A stretch of DNA of 63,645 nucleotides, the filler included, from Sphacelaria rigidula (taxonomy: Eukaryota): assembly GCA_964200075.2 (NCBI GenBank). It is 10 parts of 10 records of this genome, joined end to end, with 100 filler letters (N's around TTAATTAATTAA, not from the genome) between each part and the next. Parts side by side here need not be neighbours in the genome. Positions count along the whole stretch, not along the records: positions 1 to 6,275 come from CAXNAA020021068.1; positions 6,376 to 12,650 come from CAXNAA020021069.1; 8 more parts are not named here. One strand, given 5' to 3'. Shown in pieces: positions 1 to 11,898 of the stretch. A model generated the notes under the pieces. That model was not told the DNA's origin, did not search any database, and saw only the letters and a program-made list of their open reading frames with translations. How positions within the stretch are numbered: position 1 is the stretch's first letter; every line of letters starts with the position of its first letter. A program made the translations under genes and the position numbers.

Positions 1-661
1 GTACACTCAGCACACTCAATACCCCGCACGCATGTACAGCCCCACCTACCCGTCACGTGTTTCATACATCCCCTTGGTTGTACTGCCAGTCAGTAGCTAC
101 TGACTCAACACGCATCGTCCCTTCCTCACGATGCAGCCCAGGAGCTCCCGTGCTCTCCATGACCCTCGCACACAAAGCCCCATTCGAATCACGATATTCT
201 TTGCCTGGGTATACCTCACATAGCAATACGCTGGGAGGCGCTCACACTGCTGATTAGCAGGTACTTAACCTCAATACTTCCCTGGTACTTGATCCCGGCC
301 CGTCTCCATACGTCTAGTAGCCCACCGGCGACCTTCACAGCGCACGAGCGCTACGGTCAGCAGACGCCTTGTCTCTTGTCAGTCCAGATGCCTACACCGC
401 AGCACTTAGGCGCCGGCCTTGAAAACGCGGCTCGCGACAACATCGCTGTTGCTTCGTTTTCTCCCCCCCCCCCTCCCCCGCCCCGCCGCCCGCCCCCGCC
501 CCGAGAAAACAAAACAAAACACAAGAAACAAACGAACAAACAAATGCACAGAGTGGTGCGCCGTACACGCCCACCCGACTTGCGGCCACCCATCTAATCT
601 CTACTTAGGCTAGCACAGCATCGGTTCCGATGCAACACAGCTCACGCCCGCCCGACCCCCT

Positions 662-882
662 GTGGACTGTACAGTACATAAAGCACCGTACACGCGCAGC
701 CCAGATAGCACCGATGAGTACATCATCACAAGTACACGGCAGGCGCGAGAGACTCCGTACACGTCCCGTTTGCCGTCGTGGACCGTACAGTACATAAAGC
801 ACCGTACACGCGCAGCCCAGATAGCACCGATGAGTACATCATCACAAGTACACGGCAGGCGCGGGAGGCTCCGTACATGTCC
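662..882. repeat. Tandem duplication, 116-bp period
   Basis: GTGGAC(T/C)GTACAGTACATAAAGCACCG...GGCAGGCGCG recurs near-identically at 662 and 778. Confidence 0.9.
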
Positions 883-2780
883 AGTGTACCGTCGCCCATC
901 CAGTACCGATTCGGGCCAAAACAGTATCGATTCGGATGCTGCATAGTTCACACCCGCCCGACCCCGTCGCCCGTACAGTACTTCCAGCACAGTCCACGCC
1001 CATCTGCCTCGGCCCTTTGCCGCCGGTACAGTACACTTGGAAGCGCAGCGCAGTACGAGCGCCGCCGAGATGCGGCACCGCACAAGTCCCCATAGCTTTT
1101 AGCCGCCTGTAGAGTACAGAGTAGGACCGGCACAAGTACACGTCCACCCAGTCCTTCGACGCCTACACAACACAGGTGGTGGCGTTAGCACAGTACATGT
1201 GCGGATGACGCGACGTACACGCCCGTACAGCCCTTACCATATAGTACACGCCCACTCGGCTCGTCCCCCTCCGCCGATACAGTACACTCCGGAGCGTAGC
1301 ACAGTACCAGTGCCACAGAATCGCGGCAGTGCACAAGCCCGCCTGGCCTTCAGCCGCCTGTCGAGTACAACCCGAGACCGGCACAAACACACACCAGCCC
1401 GGTTCTTTGCCGCCCACACAGTACAGGTGGGGGTATAACAGTACACATGGGATGACGCGAAGCACAGCACACGCTCGCTTTTACCTACGCAGCAGCACAG
1501 AGCCCTATGTTATGCCAGAAACCCGGCAAGCTAAAGTACGCTGAACCCCGACTCAATACTTGACGGTCCCATCACATACATGCCGCCCGCTCAGACGTGT
1601 TTCGTACTAGCCCAGTCAGCCCCTTTGTCCCAAGTCCGTGTGACACAGCTCATGCACAGTACTCAGCATTCGTACACGCGGCTTGTGAGCACACCAGCCC
1701 ACCACTTCTGCCACGTGAAAGCGAGGCCGCTCCAGCCTGAGCGTCCGACAGCACAACAGAATTGAAGTCTGATTTGTTAAGATAGTACAGGGTTACGACA
1801 CCCCGTTTGCGGTAGCTTCCGCCACAGGACGCTCGGGAACGCGCCGACTCTGGCCTGCACATGTCCTGTTTCATAGGTTAATAGGCGAGACATATCTTGC
1901 GTAACGTTTCCAAGAGATGGAATAAACATGAAACGAATACTGTTTGCTGCTCTGTTGCCCCGATGACGAGCTCGACTCGGGTTATTTGTACCACGCGACA
2001 CATGATGGAGCCCGGCTCGGCGACAGGCCGAACCCACCGCTGCATTGCAGCATACCCGAGCGGGAGTTTTACCTTTCCCCGCAACAGGCGAACATTGCAC
2101 ACTCTCCTCTCAAAACACCACACCCTGCGCAGCTTTCTTATGTCCTCTGTATCCTACATGTGTAGTGGAAAGAATACTAAGCCGCGCTAACCCAGTCCAC
2201 TACAGTTGACCCCAAAGTGTCATGTTCACCCTCAAGATGATCTGAGTGCCGGATGATCTGGAAAACGTCATCATCCGACATAACGCAGCCCCAATGCCCC
2301 GCCTGCAACCCTTTGAACCTTGCTTTCACTCGTGGCTTGGACGCTGATGCGCAGTGGGATACGTGGAAGCGCTCGCTTTGAGAAATATATATATATATAT
2401 ATATGTTGGATCCAAAATATCTATACATACACGACACGTCCGCCCAACGATTTTGCATTTGATTGTATGATACAGTACAGTATACGCGTCTACAGGACCA
2501 ACCAGGCCTGATAGCTTTTCTGGCAGAAAGATCCAGACGTACGAACGCGGTGCATACATAGTTTTGTACGGACCAAACGGATATACAAGGAAATCGAGCT
2601 TTCGCCCATGGCGAGTGCATGATCCAGGATCCCTCTGCGGACCAGATCCAGGAAGGCTGGGAATCAGGAGAACCACCCCAAGCCCCACGACAAGCCCCCG
2701 TGTACAGCGAGAAAGTCTTTGTTTCAGGACATCTGAGCACGGCAGTCCCGTTCTAGAAAGACGTTATTCTGAAGTACCAC

Positions 2781-4739
2781 ATGCAACCCGACTTGTTATT
2801 GTCGTGGATTAACGGTGTAGACCTACACACATTCGTCGACAAATCAACGACAGGAAGTTTCCAAGGACGCCCCTTTCACGGCGCCGACCTGACGGGTGTG
2901 GAGTTACCCAACCACTTGAACCCAGAACACGAACTGTTTGTCGACTGCGAGATCAGAAAACTTGTCGATAAAGGCTGCGCGGTGCGAGGGGCGGAGATAG
3001 CAGACGTTCACGCGCAACCCAAGCCACGCATGTCTCTCCCGCTTGGAGTAGAATTGTCGAAACCACGCTTAATATGGAACGGCCGTTGGCTGAACCTCAT
3101 GTGCAAGGATATGCCGTTCAAGATGGACGGGGTAGGAAAGGTGGCCCAGTGCTCGTGGCAAGGTGCTTACCAAGTTACGATGGACCACAAATCAGGTTTC
3201 CACCATGTACCCCTCGACCCCACATCATGGGAATACTTCGGTTTTCAGTGGGAGGGCGAATATCACGTCTGGACTGTCCTCTGTTTTGGTTGGTGCAGCT
3301 CCCCCTACATCTACCACACACTGAGCGAGGCGGTGGCACAGTACCTGCGATCCCGACAAGTACCAGTACTGGCATGGGTCGACGACTTCTGGCTGACGGG
3401 AGTCCGCTCGACCAAGCATGACCTACCTAACACGCATAAACAGGCAGCAAGTTCAGCAGCCCTCCTGGCGCTGTCAGTCTTCTATCATTGTGGATACTTC
3501 ATGTCCATCTCCAAATTCCAGCTAGAACCCACCACCAAAGTTGTCTTCTTGGGGGTTCTGTGCGACACAGACGAATGCCGATTTGAAGTCCCCGAAGATG
3601 AGCTCGCCAAGTTAGAGCGCATCTTAGACGATGCCCTCGCTACCGGAACCATCACGTTCACCATGCTTGAGAAGCTGGCGGGCAAGTGCACGAGTATGTC
3701 GGTTGCAGTACCAGCAGCCAGTTCGTACACGTTCCACATGTACAAACAGATCGCGGTATATAGAAAGACAGGAGGAAAACATATCACAGCTACGGTAGCG
3801 CTCTCTGCCAATGGTGGTCTTCGAAACGAGATAGCCACATGGCGGGAACTCCGAAACAAAATGAATGGGGCGGCACGGTACAGCCCCATTCACCACATCA
3901 TCGCCATAAACGGCGCGACAGACGCATCCTCACTGGCATGGGGGGGTATTGTTCGAGGCCCCTCTGGCGTCACCTTTACAGCGGCCGCCGACTTTCCCGC
4001 CGAATGGGTGACAGCGCACATCAATGTCAAGGAAATGTTCGCTCTACACGAAGTCCTTAGACTGTTCTGCTTAGAACAAGCTGATCAAGTGGCGGGGACT
4101 AGTCCGTCAATAGATGTCGACGACAAAACCATGTACCATGCCTTCAGAAAAAATAAAGCGAGGGACGAACGCATGCACACACTCATCCAACAGCTCTTCT
4201 GGATGCAAGTCAGACAAGACTTCACACTCACATTACGATGGGTAGACTCAAAGAGTAACTCAGAAGCAGACCGTCTTTCAAGACCAGGAGCCAACGAGCA
4301 CGTGCGACTGAGAGCAGAATATTTTGACCAGTTATGGTTCGAGTGGGGCGGGTTCGACATGGACTTGATGGCATCCACAGCGTCAGCCCAGAAGATTCCA
4401 TTGAATGCACCGGGTGGAGGAACTGCTCTGCCTTTTTACTCGAGATACCATACAGCAGGATCACACGGAGTGAACGTTCTTAGCTATGACGCTAGTCGCT
4501 CGTCATGTCGCACGCAGCAATGCTTCGGATTTTGTTCCCCCCCCCCAGTGACGGTTGAAGTAGTGCTTCAGCACATCGCAGATTGCTACGCCCGTGCGGT
4601 GGTAGTGGTTCCAGCGCGACCAGCGTTGTGGTATCCTATGCTTACTGAAGCAGCCGTACGTACCAAACTCGTCTCTAGAAAAGGGGAAAATAGGCAGTTT
4701 TTCGTACCCACCATCAACGAGGACAGGAAGCGTTCGTAA
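2781..4739 (+). CDS. DIRS pol: reverse transcriptase-RNase H-adenine methyltransferase-like domain
   Basis: RT motifs DHKSGFHH, LCFGWCSSP, AWVDDF. RNase H motifs TDAS, HINVKE, SNSEADRLSR. MT-like FDMDLMAS...FYSRY...FCSPP...VVVVP. The frame continues upstream (VFVSGHLSTAVPF*KDV) through a TAG at 2754-2756. Confidence 0.92.
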   Translation: MQPDLLLSWINGVDLHTFVDKSTTGSFQGRPFHGADLTGVELPNHLNPEHELFVDCEIRKLVDKGCAVRGAEIADVHAQPKPRMSLPLGVELSKPRLIWNGRWLNLMCKDMPFKMDGVGKVAQCSWQGAYQVTMDHKSGFHHVPLDPTSWEYFGFQWEGEYHVWTVLCFGWCSSPYIYHTLSEAVAQYLRSRQVPVLAWVDDFWLTGVRSTKHDLPNTHKQAASSAALLALSVFYHCGYFMSISKFQLEPTTKVVFLGVLCDTDECRFEVPEDELAKLERILDDALATGTITFTMLEKLAGKCTSMSVAVPAASSYTFHMYKQIAVYRKTGGKHITATVALSANGGLRNEIATWRELRNKMNGAARYSPIHHIIAINGATDASSLAWGGIVRGPSGVTFTAAADFPAEWVTAHINVKEMFALHEVLRLFCLEQADQVAGTSPSIDVDDKTMYHAFRKNKARDERMHTLIQQLFWMQVRQDFTLTLRWVDSKSNSEADRLSRPGANEHVRLRAEYFDQLWFEWGGFDMDLMASTASAQKIPLNAPGGGTALPFYSRYHTAGSHGVNVLSYDASRSSCRTQQCFGFCSPPPVTVEVVLQHIADCYARAVVVVPARPALWYPMLTEAAVRTKLVSRKGENRQFFVPTINEDRKRS

Positions 4740-5036
4740 GTCATGAATGGGACATGCACGCAGTTGAAGTAGATTTTCAAGCCTGATGAATTAATGATAT
4801 TCGGCCCGACTCTTCATTGCAACAGTTTCACAAGAGATGCTCTATCCTCCAAGACGGGAAATACCACACGACGAGTACCTGAGAACCACCTGACGCATGC
4901 TCTTATCGCGCGACCATTTCAACATATCCAGGCGCTCCCAATGCTCCGTGCTTTGGTGCAATCGTTACTAGCACGGATAACAACGATGCTCGCCCACCTA
5001 TGCCACAAGCGCAACCCGCCCAGCCACAGCTCGAGT

Positions 5037-6200
5037 ATGACTCGAGTCTCCGCCTCGCGAGCGAGAGTGCTATGTCCCGACTGCCATGGAGAGAACGACG
5101 AAGATTTTCAATACTGTCAATGGTGCGGCATAAGGAATTCGTTATTAGCTATGAGGGTAACGTAAGGGGTGGCTTTGAAAATCGACGAGGAGGCTATACA
5201 GAAACGATACACTCAGTTTACGCTCGCCATGGCAGCGTCAGCCTCAGTAAAGGGACAGGATTCCACAACAGAACTATTCAATAGATTATTAGCCTCACGA
5301 CACGGGCAGGGCCCCAAATACTGGACAGCAGCGCAACCGACCGACATCGTAGCCTTTTTGTGCTGGCTGGATGCATGTGGGAAAGGACGTACGCCAGTAC
5401 ATGCCAGACATTGCGCTGCAGTAGGTACCCCCGGACTCATCGACTGTTCAACGAAATAAGGAGAATGTACTTACAGATACGCACACGATTCCTTATGGAC
5501 GAATTATACGTCGAAACTAGCGACAGCCTTCGAGAACGAGCTCGGAACGAACTCAAACTGGAGCGATGTACTACGGATAGGAAACCCAATCCGCAGCAAC
5601 CTCGTTGCACAATATATGATGTTCACCAAGGAAGAACAGAAGAAAGCAGGAGTGCTAGTAAAACAAGCACCTTTTTTACTACACAGCCACCTCCTTGAAC
5701 TGATAACCCCACTGCGGTCAGCTCTACAATGTTCTAGAGATGCTACAGAACAGGTACTCCTGGCCCGGGACATCGCCCTGTTCACAGTAGCATTTAGCAC
5801 CACTAAACGCGGAGACGAGCTCACGAGGACCCTATCCAACGCATTCTCCGACTCTCCAACCACAGTGGTTTCATGTTCAACTTTCAATGGGGGAAAACAC
5901 TACGAGGAAGTGCAGACCATCTACTCACTGTACCGTACGATGAGCTCTACCCCGCGACATGCCCTGTCCGAGCAGTGGAGCAATGGGTGAAGGTAGGAAG
6001 ATCAATGGGCTGGAATATGACCCAAGGCTATCTCTTGGAAAAGGCTGAGCACGGCGTGGAGATATATGAGATTGATGAAAGTTGTAGATCCAGGAACAGT
6101 AGGAAACCGAATGGCCGAAGGTGTCTCCGAAGCACAGTACAGAGAAATTAACGAATTCCCATTGCAGGAACAGAGTAAAACAACAAATTGTGCGAATTGA
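5037..6200 (+). pseudogene. Zn ribbon-ALOG-tyrosine recombinase, disrupted
   Basis: CPDC..ND...YCQWCG; ALOG core FLCWLD..GKGRTPVH..HC...C...C.YRYAHDSL...GNPIRS..V.QY...EQKKAGV; YR RDIALF...KRGDEL, WGKTLR, WKRLSTAWRY. In-frame TAA at 5163 and 5457, frameshift near 5835, HxxR segment deleted near 6035. Confidence 0.88.
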
Positions 6201-6275
6201 GCTTTAACTTCGAGATGAGGTTCAAGCCTAATACAGTGATTACCCCACGCTCTCAGCGATGGTGCCCAATGACGT

Positions 6276-6375
6276 NNNNNNNNNNNNNNNNNNNNNNNNN
6301 NNNNNNNNNNNNNNNNNNNTTAATTAATTAANNNNNNNNNNNNNNNNNNNNNNNNNNNNNNNNNNNNNNNNNNNN
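6276..6375. other. Artificial contig spacer
   Basis: N44-TTAATTAATTAA-N44, stops in all six frames. Confidence 0.99.
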
Positions 6376-6455
6376 TGACCCCGGCTGATGCACCCACATA
6401 CACCGAAAGGTGTAGACTGGTGCCCAGAACAAATGGGACGACAACACACAACAAC
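6376..6455 (+). mobile_element. 3' end of a SINE-like repeat
   Basis: TGACCCCGGCTGATGCACCCACATACACCGAAAGGTGTAGACTGG...ACACACA matches 21870-21948 and the reverse complement of 52485-52566. Confidence 0.7.
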
Positions 6456-8101
6456 ATAAGGGTCAATAATAAAATCAATATACTACGAGCGGAGGCACTG
6501 AATGTACCATAGTAGTTTTCAACTAAAATAATGAGGACATTGTTGTAATCTTTTCGTAGTCGGCGGTTTTCAATGTTTTTCTCGCGTGCCACCGCTCATC
6601 TTAGCGAGCAGATAATCCCAACGTTTGGGAGTCGGGAGATACCAAGCATCCGCTCCACATTTCAAAACAAAAATCGTCCATGTGCTCAATATTGGACGAC
6701 TTCCGAGCTGAATTTTTAGGGGCATGTATTTTCGGCTCTAGCGCATTGGATAGGTGAACATATAAGATGAGGGATCATAAAATTATCCAAGAGAGTGATC
6801 GGATTGGTTCATCCCCGCCTGTGCCATGCAGAGCTCCGTTGGGTAATTTTCTCTTTTGGGTACTTTTGCGGATTTTCTCGTGTAACGGCTGTCCTTGGCG
6901 CTTAAAAGTCCTAGCGTCGATAGATATTGTGAAGAAAAGCGACTCGTCTTCGGAACACAACCCTCCATGACTGTTGTCGGGGTAATACGGCGAAAGTACC
7001 TTATTCATCAGGGGGGTGTTGTCGATCGTCATCGGTCCTAAAACACACACAGGTTTTCGCCTCTAGCGCCATGAGTAGGTAAGTATTAAAAACCGCAGTC
7101 CTTTTTATTTGTCCACGCAAAACAAATGGGATCGCTTCAATCGAGCAAAAATACTCAAGGGTCAGAACCTGGGGCCGGGTTGTCTCAGGACCCCCGAAAA
7201 CCGGTCAGCCCGTGAATCGTTCAATAATCAGCGCGGGTGTGATCTAATTTCGGAATGTGAAGGGGGAGCCTAGCATCTACCGATCGGCAAACTTTGCGAT
7301 CAAGAGTTTACTGGGATGAGCGGTGGCACGCGAAATGTTTTTCGAGTATCCCTCACTGCGAAAAAAATACGAAAATGTCCTACGAGTATATCAGACATTA
7401 ACTGATCTACACACGGCAGTCTTTGTTTGACGGAAATCCGTTTCGTATTGGACGTATCGCGGCCGCGTGCGCGTCACAAACAACCGGAAACGTGTCATTG
7501 CTGACCGTTTGTGCGCATTTGCTGTGCGCGCGTCTCACGCGAATCATCATTTCTCAATGTATTCTGAACAAATTTGAGCAAGGTCACGCACAACGTGCTC
7601 AGCTGATGAGCAGCTACGGCTCGAGCGACTTGTTCTTTGTTTGCGAGGGCACCAAGTTCCTCATCTTCAGCTCTGATTGTGCTGGGCTGTGTGGTAAGCT
7701 TTCGCGTGTTGACCCTGTCAACGGGAGATGTATCTTCCCCATCGAGGTGTCCGAAAATCCCCTTTTCAAAAGGGGATTTCAGCGAGTGTTTTGTTCACTT
7801 CCTGAAATTCCCCTTGGAAAGAGAACTTCTGGGCAGGTGTTTTGGAGGGTGATATCGAAGCGACCAATCAGCGGTCAATTCGCAAAAAGGGGATTGTGAA
7901 AAACGGCAAAATCCTCTTCGATAAATAAGACTGACTCTAATGGGAGCTGTCCAAATTTCATATTCCCAAAAGTTTCACCGGGTGGTAAGAATGACCACTT
8001 CTACCGAACAAAATTTCGATTTTGATCAGAAGTGACCCGCAAAATTCCGAACAGATCCTGAATTCCAGCCAAGCGTCGGAATCGGGAGACGACTCTACAC
8101 G

Positions 8102-8626
8102 CTTGAGGCCACTCCTTATCGTCAGAAAACGAACTCTCCGAGAACTGCCCTTGTTGAGCCTTGGGGGATTTTTCCCCCTCTGCAAGATGAGTTTTTTTTT
8201 TTCCGAGAGGATTCTAGCGCTTCTCTATTTTTCGGAAGGCCCAGTTTTACTTCTGGACGGATTCCTGATTTTTTTGGTCGCCCAAAAAATCGTCCAGGTT
8301 TCGAATAAAACACGTACCTTTCCCGACAACTCGAAGATTCTTGGGGCGACTGAAAACGTCGGGAATGCGGTGAAAAGTAGTACTTTTCTCGACAACTCAA
8401 AGATTTCCTGAGGCGACTCAAAAAACGGGAATCCGGCCAAAAGTAATCTAGGCTGACGAAAAACCGGTAAGGTGCGAGAGATTCCTTGTGGAAAACATGG
8501 CAAGTCTTCCAGAGTAGACCCAATCCGTCAAGGCCCGTATTCCGCCATATATCCGCGATGGAAGGCTCAAAAAGGGCAGGTCTCACTCAGAGAGTCCGTT
8601 CTCTCACAATAAGAAGCGGCCTGAGG
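8102..8626. mobile_element. Non-autonomous TIR element (about 60-bp imperfect inverted ends)
   Basis: GAGGCCACTCCTTATCGTCAGAAAACGAACTCT...GCCCTTGTTGAGCCTT is inverted to AAGGCTCAAAAAGGGCAG...AGAGTCCGTTCTCTCACAATAAGAAGCGGCC. Related sequence at 19140-19200. Confidence 0.6.
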
Positions 8627-8827
8627 ACCGGTCTAAAATTTGGCATAAGAGTCAAGATAAGGGACATGTCATGCGTTACTGTGCTACAGCACATACACAA
8701 CTTCATGCTGAAAAACTGTCTCTTTGATCCACGTTCGAAACCGCGGCAGACAAAAAACGGCGATAATTTTGTTTACTTATAAAACTTTGAACCGTGCCCC
8801 TCAGAGTTGGCCCAAGAAGGATCCTCG

Positions 8828-9075
8828 ACACTTTCTACGATAGCCCCCCCCCAACACCAGCATAGAACTGTGACGAAATAAATGGTCATAGAGCGCCCAA
8901 CATCCGGTTTCAGGTTGCGTAAAGCGCCTCATATGGACAACATGGACGTGAACGGACTTAAGCGTTGGAACTCTCATCTGCTCGTTGTGCCTTTCATTTT
9001 TCATTTCGATGTACATGTACTGTTTGCCTCCCAAAACCAGCCACGTTTTGTGGGGGGGTTATCGTAAAAAGTGTC
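8828..9075. mobile_element. MITE-like element
   Basis: GACACTTTCTACGATAGCCCCCCC is inverted to GGGGGGGTTATCGTAAAAAGTGTC. Confidence 0.6.
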
Positions 9076-10484
9076 CCTTATGCCCTGTTCATCCTCTGAA
9101 CCAAAATATGATTCCTTCATTTTGTCATGAGTTAACCCTTAGACAGCGAGTGTCGCCTCGGAACAGTTTCACAGGGTTGACAGTCCGGAGACATCCGGGG
9201 GTTTCCGGGGGGCAGGAAGGTTGGTTTTTGTGGGGGACGGGGGGGGGAGTCTATCCGCAGAGCCGTAAAGCTCACGAAGTCAACCATGTACGTTTGTAAA
9301 TTTCCCGCGGAGGATTCTAAGCCAGGAACGAGGCCTGAGAGGCGCGGCACGGCATGACTATTCTGTCCAATCACGGCTGTCATAATGGCCACTTTGTTCC
9401 CCCACAGGTGGACTTCATGTGGACTACTTCGCGTAGTCTAGTCGTATTTTCCACTTTGGTCATAGCAAGTCAATCATTGATTACATGGGCACGGACAACG
9501 TGCGTTTTACTCCGCCCCTGATGTGTGCCGCCGCTCTGACTCCCCCATGTGTTGTCAGCATAGTGTTGTAGTGGAACATTAAGTAGAGACACCGGCAGCA
9601 TGCAGTGGGCTGCTGTGTTCAGTGGAGAGTGATGACACGCTTACTGTTTCGTGTCGTTGTATCCAGCGAAGACATGCAAGCACGCATGCTCACTCTGCAC
9701 GCTACAGACTGCAGGGCCAGACATGGTAAGGTTGGGTACTGGCGCGGCCAGCCAGGATCCGGTATACTGGATCCGATCAGTACACTGGTGGCGCGGCGAA
9801 GCCGCGTGGTCGAGGGGCAGCCGCGCCCACCGCGCGCCCCCCCCCGGCTGGTGATGCGGCCCCGCTGTAGGCGCCCCGCCACCGGCGCTTTTTTTACGCG
9901 ATTTAGCTTTACAACAGCATCAAAACTGAGTGGTTTTTGACCAAGCTAAGACGCGATATTGCGGCAGAAAACGTCTTGTAGAACGCCCAAATTAATTGTT
10001 TTCAACTTGAGGAAAATGTCGAAATATAAGATAATAAATGTGCCACAAATGTTGCGATGCTCATCAACTCCAGCTTCGTGGTGAGGGTTATATTACCCAT
10101 TATTTGTTGCAATTGGAGTGTAAGGTGTGTCTTGAGTCAAAACAAGTACAGAGTACTTCGGACTTCCGAGTAAGAAATGGAGAGGGCGGGTCTGTAGTAG
10201 CTTTTGACGGCACAAGGCGTGAGCATCCTTCATTATTGAACATAGGACAGCGTCACACAAGAAGCAAAACGAAAGACACAGCAGCCCTGGACGTGTATCA
10301 ACACCGCATCTGCTGACACAGGCGGCGGGGTCTGCTGCCGGCGGACTGTCATACGCAAAAAAAAAAATGCATCGTTCTGATGGTCTCCGGCTGTGTGCTT
10401 TGTGTGGTGTGTGTGGTGTGTGTTCTCTCCTTTGAGGCGGCGTGGCGGCGTAACTTGGAAGGGTTTCTGCTGGTTTTGGAGGCG

Positions 10485-11048
10485 TATTGTGGGACGTACC
10501 GTAGTGGGCGGTCCAACGATTCATTTTGTGTAATTTTGTGATTTTTTCGTTATTGACGATTTTCTTGAACTCTTTTCGCTTGCTACAGCCTACCACATCG
10601 GGGATCTGAAGATACTTGTATCCGCTCCACATTCCAAGAAAAAAATAGTCTGTGCTCAACTTTGAGTAACTTACGGGCTGACCGGTCATCGGGGGTCCTG
10701 CCACGTTTCAGCCCAGATTCTTACTCTTCTGTATTTTCGGTCGATCGAGCCCGTCCTGATCATATTTGTAAAGAAATGTACAGTTTTAATTTTATAATTC
10801 CTGCCTACTCATCGCACTAGGGCCGATAAACTGTGCTTCACGGTCGATAACACCCTCCTGACGAACGGGGTATTTACTCGTTTCGCCTGATGACAACAAC
10901 ATGCACTGAATTGGGCACTGTGTTTCGAGGATGATCTATTGTGTTGTACCAAAATCTACCGACGCACGCAATTTCGACTTCTATCGGAGGGCAGTACGCG
11001 AGGAAAACCCCGAAACACGCCTGAATAGTTAGACCGCCTACTACTGTA
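10485..11048. repeat. Dispersed repeat of about 570 bp
   Basis: Colinear with 51645-52256 (for example ATCCGCTCCACATTCCAAG, GAACGGGGTATTTACTCGTTTCG). Sub-blocks also occur at 6590-7130. Confidence 0.85.
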
Positions 11049-11198
11049 CGTGAGTTGCGTATGTACTGGCGGTACTGGCTGCCCGTTTGCCAGTTCTTGG
11101 GAACTGGCCAGTTCCTACGAACTGACAATAGGTACTGGTTCAGTACCCAACCCTCAAGAAAAGTCCATGTGTTCTCCGAGACTATTTTCCAGGGATAT

Positions 11199-11425
11199 AC
11201 ACGTTACACGTTACACGTTTACGTTACGTTCATCACGTAAAACAAATTGACGTTCACGTTACGTTACGCATGTCACGTTAAAAAAATTGAAGGTTACGTT
11301 AACGTCTCAGTTGAAAATTCAGCGTTACGTTTTGCTGCATGTAACGCAATATGAAACGGTTCATGTAACGTGTAACGTCCAGTATAACGTCACGTTGACA
11401 CGTGTAACGTTCGAATGTTACGTTT
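11199..11425. repeat. Cluster of (C)ACGTTA/TAACGT motifs in both orientations
   Basis: Many ACGTTA copies followed by GTAACG copies, resembling transposon subterminal repeats. Confidence 0.7.
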
Positions 11426-11642
11426 CATTAGAGAGTTTCGGAAAGAAAAAAGCAGCCGGAAAAACTCAGGGTCAGGTTTTGGAAGTTGGGATTTAATGCC
11501 AGGATATGACGAATTCCCCTATTTAAACCGCGAAAACTGAACTCTGAGAAGAGACGTGCGCAGTAACTCAGGATTATTTTTTTATTTTTCCATTAAACCC
11601 TGAGTTGCTACAAGCTGGGCCAGCCTAGAGGTCCGCAGACCC

Positions 11643-11898
11643 ATGCGCCGGCCAACATTTGGAGATGAAGCGTATAATTTGGTATGGACAATGCATAGGG
11701 CATAAAAAAAATTACCTCGGTACCAAAGTTTTTTTTTTTTCATGAGTCAAGGGCATTTTACTGATGAAACTGGTTATTGGCCTTAACTCATGGAAAAAAT
11801 GAAGATCCTGCTTGTACCGACGTAAGTGTTTTTTTTATGCCCTATACATTGTCCAAACCAAATCTTACGCTTCAACTCTAAATATTGGCCGGCGCATT
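11643..11898. mobile_element. Foldback/MITE-like inverted repeat
   Basis: ATGCGCCGGCCAACATTTGGAG...ATAGGGCATAAAAAAAA is inverted to TTTTTTTTATGCCCTAT...AAATATTGGCCGGCGCAT; arms about 110 bp. Confidence 0.75.

Larger units (their letters stand above)
2700..6200 (+). mobile_element. DIRS1-class tyrosine-recombinase retrotransposon (ALOG-type), degenerate copy 1; termini not identified
   Basis: Domain order RT, RNase H, MT, then Zn ribbon, ALOG, YR. Contains several stops, frameshifts and a deletion. Confidence 0.92.

Noticed and set aside
1900..2700. DIRS gag ORF
   Set aside because: Expected here by position, but only short broken frames and an (AT)n tract are present, with no motif I can support.
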